A stretch of DNA of 64,000 nucleotides from Sphagnum compactum (Eukaryota). The position numbers and the translations under genes were made by a program. Shown here in pieces: positions 11,889-25,300 of this stretch. The stretch lies in the NCBI GenBank assembly GCA_965153455.1, contig OZ234493.1:19644213-19708212 (forward strand), read 5' to 3'. The notes below the pieces were generated by a model. The model saw only the letters and a program-made list of their open reading frames with translations. It was not told the origin of the DNA and searched no databases. Numbering within the stretch: the first letter of the stretch is position 1; each line of letters begins with the position of its first letter.

Positions 11889-13036
11889 ATGTTTTCCTCC
11901 TCCGTTATCTCCACTAGTGACTCATCCTCCTCAAATGAGGGCACATCAGCTCATACGCAGGCAGAAGTGTCTCATTCTCCTCGTGGTCCACCTCGGCAGC
12001 TTTGCCAATGCACCAAGTGTGTTGGTCAGATTTCACAAAAGTCATATGTTTGTGCTCAACACATTCAGCGATTTGGGCGTCATCGTGGTCTTACCCCAGG
12101 AGCTTCTTCATCTCATGTGGTAAGTGTCATTTTACCATTGTCATTTTTCCTTTTTGATACATGTTATTTTTCATGAAATCCTCTCTGAAACTATTTTCAT
12201 TTCCATGGTTTGTTGTGGTTTTTTGAATGTAATAGGGTTCCCGTATGACACCACCACCCTATGTTCTATCACAAGGGGTTTTAACTGCCATAGGAAATGC
12301 ACTTTTGCAAGCATTTGCTGTAGGGATTGGTACCTCTCATGAGGCCAGTAAACCACATCATGAGGCAAGGCCACGTGTGCCCTCCGTTAGACAACGATCC
12401 AAAGCATAACGTCCAAGTGAGGGTCATGCTAGGACTATTGTTGGGGGCAGATGGGGTATGTGTGAGTTCACTGGTAAATGTGCCAATATTATCCAGTCAT
12501 GGAACCCTGCAGTTATTGGGTTACTTGATAGTTTGCCCTATGATGAGGAGGTTGTGGTTTGGGGTAGACGATGGATTGTTAAGACCTCTACACTTGGAGA
12601 GAGGCATGGCTATGGAGTATATGCTTGTGAGGACATCATTGTAGAGGATTCAACTAGTTGTCATAGAGAGGGTCCTACTTTGTTCCCTTATGGTGGGCCT
12701 ATCTATAAGAGAAGACATTGGAACAGGATCCTCACACAACATCCTGAGTGGAAGACCTTTGTTCTTGAGATGGACACCTTTGCTGGTAGCACTAGGAGGC
12801 AAAGTGATGGGAGGGTGATAGATGGAGACCCCATACGTTCTGGAAACATTGCTAGTTTCATCAACAGGACGGTGGGGACTCAGCCTAAGCGTAGGGCTAA
12901 TTGTGAGTGGGTTTTTGTTGGGGGACCTCCTCCAGCACCATATGGCCAGACTTATCATGAGGACCATTGCCTAGTTATAGCTACTAGGACCATCAAATCA
13001 GGAGATGAGTTGTTTACACACTATGAGTGGAATTAG
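11889..13036 (+). pseudogene. Zinc-finger + SET-domain (lysine methyltransferase-like) gene inside the CACTA element; one premature stop
   Basis: Exon 11889-12119 (77 codons, CQCTKC...C..HIQRFG) ends at a GTAAGT donor at 12120. TAG acceptor at 12233-12235; exon 12236-13036 is in frame, with TAA at 12407-12409. SET motifs: VKTSTLGERHGYGVYA, GNIASFINRT, ANCEW, VIATRTIKSGDELFTHY. Confidence 0.8.
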
Positions 13037-13182
13037 GATTCCACCATTTCTGAATTATGTACTTTGTTTAAGACATAACATACCATATCTATATACATGC
13101 ATTTCGGCATTTTTTATTTGTAATGTAATATGCAACTATGTTTGGTATATAGTTAAGATCTTCTGGATTTGGTACTACATAG

Positions 13183-16100
13183 AATATTTGGCCTTCTAAA
13201 GACATGCTACCACGGAGGTTGAGAGCAACATATCGGGAAATGGGCATGCCACACAAATCAGACTCGTCATCAACTCATTCTTCATCAAATGACTTGTCTG
13301 CTCATGATGAAGGTGTCTCTCAACCAGTTCATGAAGCACCACTGCCTGCAAACCAAGAACAAGCGATGGCTGACTTCATGGTTGACTGGTTCGGACTTGA
13401 CAGAGTTGATGGTATGTCTGGCAACCCACATGATGAAGGAGCCAATGCAGATGATCCACGTCGTCAACATACTGCCCAGGGACAACGGCAGTGGCAAGAG
13501 GCAGAGGCACATGCTCGAACACCTATTTTTCAGGGTGCAAGGTTAAACCGTTTAGCAGCCATATTGGGGTTGTTAAACATCCAAGCAAAACACAAGGCAA
13601 GCAATATTATGTTGTCAGACAGTTTTTAGTATTGTCATAGCCTTTTGCTGCCTGAGGAAAATGTTTTGCCAGGATCTTGGAAGGAGGCTAAAAAGATCCT
13701 ATCCTCCATAGGCATGGAATATCAAATTGTCCATGCATGTGTTAATGACTGCATGTTATTTCATGGGAACAATGTCCATTTAACGGAGTGCAGTAGATGT
13801 GAAGAGGCTCGATATGATCGTCACATGCTTACAGGGAAGGTGCCCAGGAAATCAGTAAGGTGGTTTCCCATTATTCCTCGCTTGTTACACATGTATCGAT
13901 GTACAGACTTGCCTGAGTTAATGGTTTGGCATAAGAAGCATCGATCAGAGCCTGGTGTTATGAGGTTACCGGTTGACTCTCCTGCTCACAAGCATGTGGA
14001 GTCAACATGGCCAGAGTTTGAGCGTGACCCTAGGCATGTGAGGTTGGGGTTAGCATCAAATGGTGTTAGTCCACATTCACTTGAAGGAAAGGGACGACCT
14101 ACCTCTGTTTGGCCAGTTGTTGTCATGAATTACAACCTTCCTCCGTGGTTGTCTATGAAAAATGGATTTTTGCTGCTTTCTCTTATTATCCCAAGGCCAA
14201 GTAAGGTGAAAAACCTAGACACCTACTTAGCACTAGTGATCGATGAGCTCAAAACACTGTGGGATGGAGTATGGGCATATGATGGGAGGAAGACCACTAG
14301 AGGAATACCACGTGTATTAAGGTTGAAGGCAATATGCATGTGGACAATGCATGATTATCCTGGTAAGAAATCATGCACATGCCTTTATATAATTTTTTAT
14401 TATTCTGTTTTGTGATTATTTGTTGTTCTAATATTGAGTTCTTCTACAATCAGGGTTTGGTTTTGTAAGTGGGCTGCAAACTCAAGGCTATAAGGCCTGC
14501 TCTACATGTGGCCCAAGTTTGGAGGACATGGCTAAGTACTCAAGCCATTTTCGCAAAATTGTTTACCTTGGCCATACAAAATTTCTTCCACTGGGACATG
14601 ATATGAAATCAGACCCACTTTTATTTTCATCTTTTGACATGCCTTGTGATGATGAGCGTGATATTCCAGAAGCTACCACTTTTGCATATTGGAGGGATGT
14701 GGCCAATAGAATTACTGACCCAAATGATTCTATGGTGTTTGAAGGTAGTTGATTGACAAGGTGGGGTATACTCAACAACTTGCCCTACTGGGGTGAGCTG
14801 AAAATACGTCATCTCTTGGACCCCATGCACATTGAGGGAAATGTGGGAAAGGCTATCATAAAACAGTTCTATGGAGAGAAGGACAGTAACTTTAGGGAGG
14901 CCTGTGAGGATCTTGAGAGGCATCCCGATGTGTGGATTACTGTTGATCCTAACACAGGTATTGAGCAGCGACCATCAGCTCCACTGACACTTACTACACG
15001 GGAAAGAAAAGACTTTCGAAATCGTATAGGAGAGATGCGATTCCCTACAGGTTTAAACTTTGATGGCAAGGGTTGAATTTAGAAGTATTCTGTTGCTTTT
15101 ATTTATATTTAAATCTGTATGCCTTATACTCGAAAAAGAGTTTGAAGTATAGAATGCTATCTATTGGATGTCCAGAATACTTTTGTATAATTTTATGGAT
15201 CCTTGTTGCAGGTTATGGAGCCAATCTTCAAAAAGCTTTTGGTAGGGACAATGACCACAAGTGGCCAAGGTATCTCAAGACACATGACTATCATCGTTTA
15301 CTGCAGCACATATTGCCTGTGGTAATAATAGGCTTAGCCAGTGCAAAAGTACAAGATGTTCTTTGGTCATTGGGAAATCTGTTGAGATGGGTATGCTCAA
15401 AGGAGTTATATGTAGAGGAGATTCCAAGAATGAGGGTAATAGCAGCAGAGGTGGTATGTAAGTTGGAAAAGGCCTTCCCTCCATCATTTTTTGATTAGTG
15501 CATTTACTAGTTCACGTTGTGGATGAGATAGTCATTGCTGGTCCTGTGCATTGTCGATGGATGTATTGGCTTGAAAGATATATGGTAGTATTAAAGGGTT
15601 ATGTCTGTAACCGTACACGAGTGGAAGGAAGCATGGCAACACGACACTTGGCAGCAGAGAACATGTTTTATTGCAGCAACATCTTGGCCACTATAGATCC
15701 ATCATGTCCTCATGTCTGGATGGAGGAAAGAGAAGAGGAGGAAGACCGTTTGACTGGTGCCATCAAAACATGTATGTTATTACCTACAGAGTTAATTCAG
15801 CTGACCGCATTCATGTTGAATAATAGCAATGTCATGGAAGAGTGGAGGAACTTCTATGAGAATGCCAAAAGTATGAGTGGGAGATCAAGGATTTTTCCTA
15901 CGTTTCATAAGTACATGAAAGAGAAGTTGGCTGAAGTGGATCAATTGTTGGCACAAGGAGAAAGTATATCTTGTTTTCCAGAGGTCTTAGATGATGTTCG
16001 CACCATTGTTCATGGACCACTGAGAGTTGTGACAACACGTTCAGCAATGTGGACACAAGGAAGACATTTCAGGTATTTATTTTTTCTATTTCATTAGGCA

Positions 16101-16290
16101 TATTAACTCATCTTCACATTCCAGACAGGTTTTTTAGAATGTTCTAGGATGATTTTTATGGGCATCCATAATAATGTTTCTATTATCATATAGGTTGTTG
16201 ACTCACAATGCCTAACACAATATTAATTTCAGGATTTCCACTTTGGATGAAAAGAGGGGCCGCACCTTTGACTTTGGAGTTCAATTATGA
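13183..16290 (+). pseudogene. CACTA TnpD transposase (Transposase_21/DUF4218-type), multi-exon, disrupted
   Basis: Motifs HACVNDCMLF, RHVRLGLA-x-NG, SVWPV, NLPPW, HDYPG, ACSTC, LPYW...HLLDPMHIEGNV, LKTHDYH, GPVHCRWMYWLERY. GT-AG introns 14363-14453, 15051-15211 and 16073-16232. Stops at 13627 and 14750, frameshift near 15497, truncated after RTFDFGV. Confidence 0.92.
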
Positions 16291-16969
16291 TGGTTTTTAA
16301 CATCTCAACTTCATATTTTCACAAATTTTCATTTCCCAATTTTGAGGATTATTTAATGATGAAACTGACCTCGGGTAAGGTATCTTGAAAATCTGCCACC
16401 CCAACCTTTTTTTACTGGAGTAATCTTGCCAACATGTGAAATTAATTTTTTTTAAATCCAAAAAAAAAGTGAGGTTTTCAATCACCAGAAATGAGGGGAA
16501 AAAAGTAAAAATTGTGAGATTTGACATTTGGTTATCATTGTGCAGCAAAAAAAAATAGAAAAATGATTAAAGATTTGCGCTTTACTTCTGGTTTAAAGCC
16601 TGATTTGGCTAAATCTTCCTAGGAATAATCACCACCTTTTTTTACATCTTCCTACAAAGAATCCCCACTTTGGCTGCAAACAAAAATTCCTTAAAAGAAC
16701 ACTGAGATTCTGGGATTTGGGCTAGTGGAGTCGGACTCAGCAGTCAGGACCATTGTACCATAGTACATGGTCATGGGAGGACTCTGCATGGTACTCAAGA
16801 CGTTAGTTATGATCAGGACAACATGGCAAGATCATGAATTCCATCGTGCACATAATGGAAAGTCGCAACCTTGAAACCATGAGATGACTGAAAGGGAGAG
16901 ATTTGAACCAAATGCTTTCTTCTATTTCCTGATTTTGTGATGTAGCTGAAGTTGTGATCAATCTATAAA

Positions 16970-17179
16970 GGTGCATTCACACTTGATGTTAAGTCAGTGT
17001 TAAATGAAAATCTAGGTGACATCCTAGGTGGCACCCAATGTTAAATGGACGATAGTTTAAATTTAAGCGAATGCTAGCTTAACATAGGATGTTCATGGTA
17101 AGTGGGTGAAGTCCTAAATGACTAGCATGGTGTTAGGCAACTCCACACTAAAGTGCCTAACATCAAGTGTGAATGCACC
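16970..17179. mobile_element. PIF/Harbinger-type MITE nested in a dispersed repeat
   Basis: Perfect 22-bp TIR GGTGCATTCACACTTGATGTTA ... TAACATCAAGTGTGAATGCACC; TAA on the right and TAA(A) on the left. Confidence 0.8.
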
Positions 17180-20100
17180 TAAGATGATTTAGCCCCAAAC
17201 CTGTAAAAGCAAAATATGTAAGTAGATATATTAACCATCCTTCTGTGTTGTTTTGCTACCAACTAAAACTTAATGCTTTATACAGGAAGTAGGATACAGC
17301 TTTTTTGTTTACCGGCGATGTGTTGCCAAAAAGTGAAATTAAAAATTAAAAAAGTCCAAGAATGACTGATTTTGAAGTGAAGGACCCAAAACAAAAAGTA
17401 AATATCGCCAGATTCATATATGTGGTTTTCATTGTGCAGCCAAACATATAGAAGGATGATTAAAGATTTGTACTTTATTTCAGGTTTATAGCCAAATTTG
17501 GCTAAATCTTCCCAGGGATGATCATCAATTTTTTTACATTTTTCAATGAGTGGTGGCCACTTTAGCTATGAACACAAATTTCTGAAAAAAACACTGGTAG
17601 GATATGAACCAGTCATTTTTTTTTCATTTTTTAGGCTGATATGGACTAAGTTTACCAGACCTAACCAGAGTACTGTACCTTGGTAACCTGATCAGCACGT
17701 GGATGCATGATAGAGTTCATCTGGATAGAGGATCACTTTTCATCAACAAATAGAATGATATATAGGCAACTTAATATGAGATAGAAGTCAGAGGATATCC
17801 AATGAGGAAGTGACACGTCAGCAAGACAGCCCATTAAAGGTCGTTATAGTACCATGTGGCATGTACACCTCCTAGTGGCTACAGGTACAGTAGTCCCTGG
17901 TACTTTAGTTAGCAACGGTTCAAACTTCAATAGTCATTGGAGGTCAAGTAGCTAGGGCCAGTAGGGAAAATTCTGTTCTGTATTGGCTTTTAACTGTAGA
18001 AGCCAGAAAAACTGAGTTTAAGTGGCGCAAGAACCAACTACAATATGGGAGGATAATAATGGAAAACATGGCATTAAAAAACGAATGTGGCTTGAATGGA
18101 ACTTTTACCGACAAGACCAAAACCCTCCAGGCTTCCAGTTCCCAATTTATAAGGGCTCAAAATTGGGCCACTGTGAACCAGGACCCACCAGCGAACCGTG
18201 AAGGCTGAATGATAAGTGATCAGGCAACAGTTTTCTGTTGGGTTCCAGTTCCCTAGATAACCCTGGTGGTTACCTCAGTTGCTTTTTTCTTACTACTTGC
18301 CCTACTTTGGGTTGTTAGTAGGTAGTAAAAACAGTCCTTACCTATGTATAAATCATCTACTTACCTAGTAGTTTAACTTTTTTTCTTACTTATCTATCTA
18401 TATATGAGACCTATTTCTGAAGGAATTGGTTACCAAGGTGAAACCAAATATTAACTCAGGTGAGGTTCATCCACAACTGAGTAATAGTGAGCATCCAGTG
18501 GATGGTGCACTGGTGGGTGGTGCTGGTTCTCTGTAGCCTTCAAAAATTGGAGTCTTATTATCCTTGGAACCCAATGGGGCATAGTCCACTTAATTTTGCA
18601 GACTGAAAGGCCAGTGAAGGCCAGTGAAAAATAAAGGTGTACAGGTCAAGATGTAGTTGATGTAGAACAACACATCCAAAACCTTCAAAGGGATGATGAA
18701 AATACCTACTATTAGAAGAATGGAGAAAGAATGGATGCTCAAGTTGAAGCAAAAATATTCTAAAGTATCACATAATAGATAGGCCTGAAGTTTTTCCCTT
18801 TGAAACAATTTTGCCCTTTGAAACTGGCACCCAAAAGCCAGACTCTCGTAAGGAATGGATGATATATGGCTCCTCAGGCCTAAGCCTGGGTATCAACTTT
18901 TATGTGAAGACATTTTTGAAGTTTACTGGTTTTTTATCAACTTTGAATTCCAAATTTCGCCAAATGTTTTATTTGATTTATTTGAATAGAAATGATGTTT
19001 CAAGCAAACAACATCACAAGTTCTTAGTTTCATGTGAAATTGAAGCATATCTAGTATTGAGATATATGGTTGATGGTGGTTCATCAATGTGGTTCCACCT
19101 AATTTAGTTAGCTTCCTTTGGGACAATATCTTCTTTGTCATAACTTTTTGCCAAACTTCTAGATGATCTGCTGTGAGCTGGATTTGTGCTTCTCGGCTAG
19201 TTCCATTATTATCCATTTTTCATCGTAATAGTTATATGACAAGTAAGCTTATGTATGGGATAAGCAGGTCCTTAAGCTCTGGGTTGAAATCTCTTCAAGG
19301 TAGTACCTCCATCTACTTGTTTTTGAATCAGAAACACACTAGTTCTAGCTTATATTTTACATTTGTGTTAATGGTTTGCAAATTTATCATATTGTAATGC
19401 TCTATGATTTGATATGCACAAATGAATGCATATTATGTGACCCAAAAAATTCAGCTTGAAATGGGGAGTACCTTCAATCAAAGACCTCCCATAATATGAG
19501 CACCAGACCTCCTGTAGGCATTGAGCAAGATGAATCGTCTTCCAAACCTAGGTTTTTTTTTGTGCACAATAAAGAGCTCATTGAGCTTGAAGTGGCTTGA
19601 CCTGTCTAGAAGAAAAGCATATGCATGTACATGTTCCCAAGGTGATTGATGATCTAGCATTCTCATAAACAATTTCATCTCCAAGAAAGATCTAATTTCA
19701 ATCAACAAGCTTCCACATGGAGATGCATATTAAACCCTCCAACAAATACTGAGAACCTATACAAGTTGGTCTACATATATGTTTCAAGAGCAGGAGAAGT
19801 GCTTCTCATATTACCTTGGCCACTGATTCTTCTTTTGTGCTCAAGACATTGCAAAGGTTTGAACACCAAAATGATGGGGTGTGTGTTCTTGGTCTTGTAG
19901 ATTGAAGGAGGATTGAACTTTTGAGGCCCCCATCATCATGCCATTACATATTACCTATATTATGTGCCTTGAGCAAAATCAAGTTCAACTTGGTTGAAAT
20001 AAATTTTTCTTGATTCAAATTGAATACATTGCAATCACAATTTTGCTATCAGCATTCACAGCCACATAATTTGCACCCTTTAATCATGCTAGGCCAAGGA

Positions 20101-20642
20101 TGATTGAGCACTGGCATGGTTGTTAGTGTAGACGCTTGGTGTATGCATGAATCCACCTAGTGATGGTTTGTTGTTGTGCAGTTGGTGTTTCAGTGACCCT
20201 TAAGTCTAGTGGGCTATAGACATGCGCTTTTGAAGCTTAACTACGCAACTTTTTTGCTGTCCCTAGCACAAATAGTGTGGTGTGGACAGCACATCTTGTC
20301 AAATTGTCTGAGCCAATCATGTTCAGCTTCTGGCTGCTTCACAATGCAGGCTACGAGAACGTTCTGAGTAGAGAATGTTGGAGGGATCACAGCTGCCACT
20401 CCAATCATGGGGACACTTCTGTCTCACACTCACTCAAAACCCATGAGCTTCCGAAATGAACCACATGCCCTCTTATGCTCCTGGGAACCCATAAAAAAAT
20501 CCTCAAAACACTTCATTTAAAAAAAAATTAAATTCTTTTCTGTTGCAGAAAAAATGTTGTTTGATTACAAAGTAAATTCTGGCAAGTTTTGAATTCAGTT
20601 TGCAACTACAGCTAAAGTTTCAGACACTGCAGGTTAGATCTA

Positions 20643-21138
20643 CTCTGATGTTTTTAGACACATGACAGGAACTGCAAATTAATGTCTGTAACGAGCCCAA
20701 TCACCCAGACAATCTGACTTCAGAATTCCTCTTGAATGAAAGGAAAAGCACTTGACTCTGTGCATCTGCAGGACCTGCGACTGTGTCTCCATTTGAGTAT
20801 TCTAGATTATTCTGACATATTTCTGATGAAGGCATTCCATCGGGGACATTGCAGTCCCAAATAGTGTGTCATGAACTATTTTATTGTTGACCAACTCTGA
20901 CGAGTTTAGACACATGACTGGAACTGCAATTTAATGTCTGATGCAGTGCCCCCAATAGCTCATACAATCTGACATCAGAGTTCCTCTTGAAAGAAAGGAA
21001 AACCAGTTAACTCTGTGCACCTGCAGCACCTACTACCCACTTTGTGTCCAGTTGAGTATTGTAGATTATTCTGACATATTTCTAAGGAATGCCTCTCCAG
21101 AGCGGACACTACAGACTCCAAAAAAAGTGTGTCATGAA
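20643..21138. repeat. About 250-bp diverged tandem duplication
   Basis: CTCTGA..TTTAGACACATGAC.GGAACTGCAA...GTGTGTCATGAA occurs at 20643-20875 and 20895-21138. Confidence 0.8.
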
Positions 21139-22029
21139 TTCAGTTCACTAATTCATTTCTGACCCGTAAGCATTTCTGTACAACAAACAGAAGTGTGCTC
21201 CAGGGTACAGGGATCCTGCTTGTTTTACTCTAATTATAATGTGAACATTCTCCTCTCCAATGGTCAATTTCTTCTCGGCTAGAAAAGAGTACATTGCATG
21301 TGGATGGGGTATGCACTGAGCCAGTTTGCATACGGTATTTCAAGATTGGATGATGCCAAGATGGTAAGGTTCAAAGGTTTGAAAAACGTCAGGAAGGATT
21401 TTTGAACTAGAAATTTGAGTACTTGAAAGATGTGTACTTGAAACTATAAGATATAGAATGTGGCATGGGGATGTATGTATGCTGAATTTGTACTTTTGAC
21501 ATCACAAGCTAAACACCTAGCAGGTTTGACACATGTTTGTCAAATAATTTTCAATTTTCAATTCAATAGGAAGAATATTCTTCCAAAATTATAAAATTTC
21601 CTTCACAAATTCTTTTTATTTTTGTAAAAAAATTTGAAAATTTCTAAAAAGTATACAATTAATGTCAAAGATGCCAAGGTAGTCTTGAACCTAGATCAGA
21701 AATGAGCACCCACAAGGGTAGAAAGAGTCATTCCATATTGGGGCCCTCCCCTCCCCTCTCCTGAAACAAGGGCCATAGTTTCCGCTGCTTTTACGTGGCT
21801 GCTCACAATGATTGACTTATGTGTTGGCATTTAATTGATCCTCTGTATGGAGTTTCTTTTCATATATATGGGTGAGGCTAAGAGAATAGCTCCCACATGC
21901 ACATTATTTTGGATGTGGTGGACATTCACAAGTGCCCACATAATGGGTGTGAAATTTGAATGGATCTACTCTAATGGCTATATTTGGCTCATGACAAAAT
22001 GTTAATTTTAGAATTAGGACACTAATTTA

Positions 22030-22363
22030 GGCCCACTTTAGATGGGTCCAGGGTCCAAATTCCTAGGAACCGGTTTCAGCACATTTGAAGCAAATTCAAT
22101 CCTTGAGTTGGACCCTTCCTTGGACCCTAGCTTACATCTTGGTTGATCATGGGCTCTCCCTTTAGCTTGTTTTCTTGTGTCTGAATCAATTGATTTTGTG
22201 TCTGAACCAAAATGGTGGTGCCATGTAGGTTTAGCCTCGATTTGCCACTTTTTTGGTTTTGGACTTTTATGTAAAGGCCATGGCTTCAATTTACAGCTCT
22301 CATCCAATAGGATTCCTCTATTTCATTGGACCCCGGACCTTGGACCCTCATCTAAAGTGGCCC
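22030..22363. mobile_element. PIF/Harbinger MITE, same family as 4428-4748, inverted
   Basis: GGCCCACTTTAGATG ... CATCTAAAGTGGCCC, preceded by TTA; the internal sequence is the reverse complement of the first copy. Confidence 0.72.
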
Positions 22364-25300
22364 TTTGTCTTACAATGTAAGTTTAGTTTTTTGCACCAGT
22401 CTTTGCTGGCAACATGTCAAGTTTGCATTTTAAAAAGTGACAAGCTGTCCAAAGACATGATCTAGTAATTTTGAACATGTCAAAAGATAAATTTTGCTCA
22501 TGGACAGATATATGAAAAAATAAACATGTATGTCAGCCCTTTTGTGTTCTGTTACTTTTTTTCTTGAAAAAGAAAACCACATGAAATTTTTATGTAAGAA
22601 ACCAAAACCCCCTCCCTAGGTAACCAAAGCTTGAGGTTTTCATGTGAGAAGCCAAAACCCCCCTCAATTGACAGTCAAAGGCTATCAATTTTGATTTTTG
22701 GCGTTCACCTTCTTCAAGAAGGCCTTTTTTGTGTTTTCAATTCTATGATGTAGGAAGTGACCATCATATATAAGACAATTTAGCCCATATCTGCCTATAA
22801 ACAAAAGAAAAAAGTAAAATAATTTATGTTGCTTATCTATTGGAGAAGAGTACAAAATTTGAAGATAGTTTAAAATTTCGTTCTTTTTCAAGTAGAACCC
22901 CTGCCCCCCCCCCCCCCCAAATATTTTTCATCATTTATAAAAACAATTCACCAAATGGAAAAATATTGCATTAAAAAATAAGGCCACTTAAAGATTCCAT
23001 TTAACCTAAGAAATATTTGGAATTGGAGATCATGATTTTGTCTAAAGATATGATAATATTTTGAAGGAATTCAAAAACATTTTGCGTTCACAAATGTCCT
23101 CTGAATTTGGTGGATATCAACAATGGAAATGAATGTCAACTGCAATGTTTAAAATAATATATGATATGGTCTAATTTGCTTTGTTCTTAATACCTTAACA
23201 AAAAATCCAATAAAAATCAATGACCAGAACCATCACAGATAAAACAAAGACAAAGGTAAGAAAAAGGCTAACATATGCATAGCCTGCTGGACCCAAAGAA
23301 GGGAGAAAGCTAGTCCTTCTCACGGTAAGAAGTTATTTCACCCACAACCCCTTTAATGTCATTTGCATGTAAATCATGAAATCTAAAAGTAATAGGAGGT
23401 CTAGAATAAGCATCTCCTTTCAAAGCAATCTTCTTTTCTATAATAGAAGTTAAAGCACATTGCAAAAGAATATTAACACGCTGCTTGAAAAACTGAATAC
23501 AAAAAGATAAAAATAAATGAATTCTCGATCATTTATTGTGAAAAAGACGAGCACACTCCCTTATGAAACGATCCAATCACACCCAAATGCACCATGCAGC
23601 TCCATAACCATTTCATATTAAATAATAAAATAACAAAATATTGATTTTTTTCAAAAATGTCAAGGACAAATTGTTCAAAGTGTTTAAAAATTCAAATTTG
23701 TAAATGTGAAAAACATAATAATTTTTTTCCTATATGACATATGAAGTTAGAACACGCTCAACTTGCAATCACATGAAATTTCAACAACTTTTGTATAAAA
23801 ATGATTTGACAAAAAAATTCATAATATGAAATAACAAAAGTTACAATCTGGAAGCAACACAAAGCTTCAAGCCACCACATCACACTTGGTCATTAATCTT
23901 TGCAATTTCATCATCTTCCAAAAGGTGGTAAAGCCCTAAGAGAATGTCCCCACCCATGGGCTTTAGCTATCGCCTTGTCCTAGGCCCCTTATTTTGAGAA
24001 TGCCCCCATCCTAAGGTTTTACCCTACCTGTCAAACTTCTAAGCTTCAACAGCCTCTAACATGTCATTACCATTACCAAAAAGAAAACCTTTTGTATTTG
24101 CCCTAAAATTAGTACAATTTGACATTTGACTATGGAATGTGATTGCAAGGGTAATAATGGTCACTAAAATATATATGAACTTAAAGTCTAAATAGGAAAA
24201 TGCTTGTACGTTTAATTTTGGATGAAATCAGTGCCAGAGTGATGTGAAAATGGGCCAAGGAAGTATAACATCCATGAAGGCAAATACAGGTTAGGACATA
24301 TTGAAACTTTCATCTTCAAAGGCTTGCACAAACTGTAGGCTATTAACACATGGGCCCACAAGGTGTAACGCAGACACAAAGTTTTTAAGCACTGATATTT
24401 AATGGCCAGTGATACCTACCATATAAATAGTCCTTATATTTGGATATATATCTTTGGATATTCTTCCAAGGCTTGTAGGTCCAAAAAGTATGTGAGGATG
24501 GGAAAAACATCTCCATGTCAAAATTAAAAGTCCCTTCCCCAACCAAAAAACACCCAAGAAAAACATGGTTTGTTTAAAAGATAATTGTTTCATTTTGATG
24601 ATACTAGATTATTATAATTGCTTGGATGTTTAATCCTTAAAGAACAAGACCTATATTGAAGTTAATTCCAAATGAGACAGATGCGAAGAGTATGGTTAAA
24701 ATTGGTACAAGGCTGATATTGCCTCGGCTCAAACGAAGCTGGTATTGCCTCAGCTCAAACGAGGCTGGTATCGCCCATGAGTGAACATGTATCTATCATC
24801 CAACATTTATCAATATTTTCTTCATTTCTTAATCAATTGAGCAATTTTTTGTTTGGTCGGATCCAAAAACTGGAGGGCTACAAATGTTCTTTAAGTGTCC
24901 AAAACAAAGGAGCAATGCAGAAAACGGAGGAAGGGGATGAATGTTAGTTTGCTTCAAATATTTAGAAAAAGAGAACTTGAGACCTCTTTCTGGTTCCAGC
25001 CCCCTCATTATTAGTCCACTATGAGTGATTTAAAGCCTGATGGGTGCACCAACTAGGGCTTTACAAAACTTTTTTGTATTGAAAAGGCAAAGATACAACA
25101 ATCCAAGATTTTAAGCTTGAAATTCTAATCTGTTTCAATTCACCCATAGAGAAGCATTGAACTATCTTACATCTAACACTCCATATTTTCCCTATAAATT
25201 TGAAATTCAGATTATGAAAATCAAAAATGAAAATCAACAGTTATCACATTTGTTAGAACCATGATGTTTAAGAATGTTTGATTTAAAAAAAATTAATATG

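Larger units (their letters stand above)
8489..16290 (+). mobile_element. CACTA/En-Spm DNA transposon, decayed and 3'-truncated
   Basis: Begins CACTACAACAATAGGGGG at 8489, followed by many subterminal TCGCAA/TTGCGA motifs. Contains TnpD-type transposase exons and a TnpA-like gene. Transposase-like coding breaks off near 16290 and no right TIR was found. Confidence 0.88.

Noticed and set aside
18560-19100. Exon-like purine-rich stretch possibly continuing the first AP2 gene
   Set aside because: Multiple stops in the frames read and no recognisable domain; cannot be supported without transcript data.
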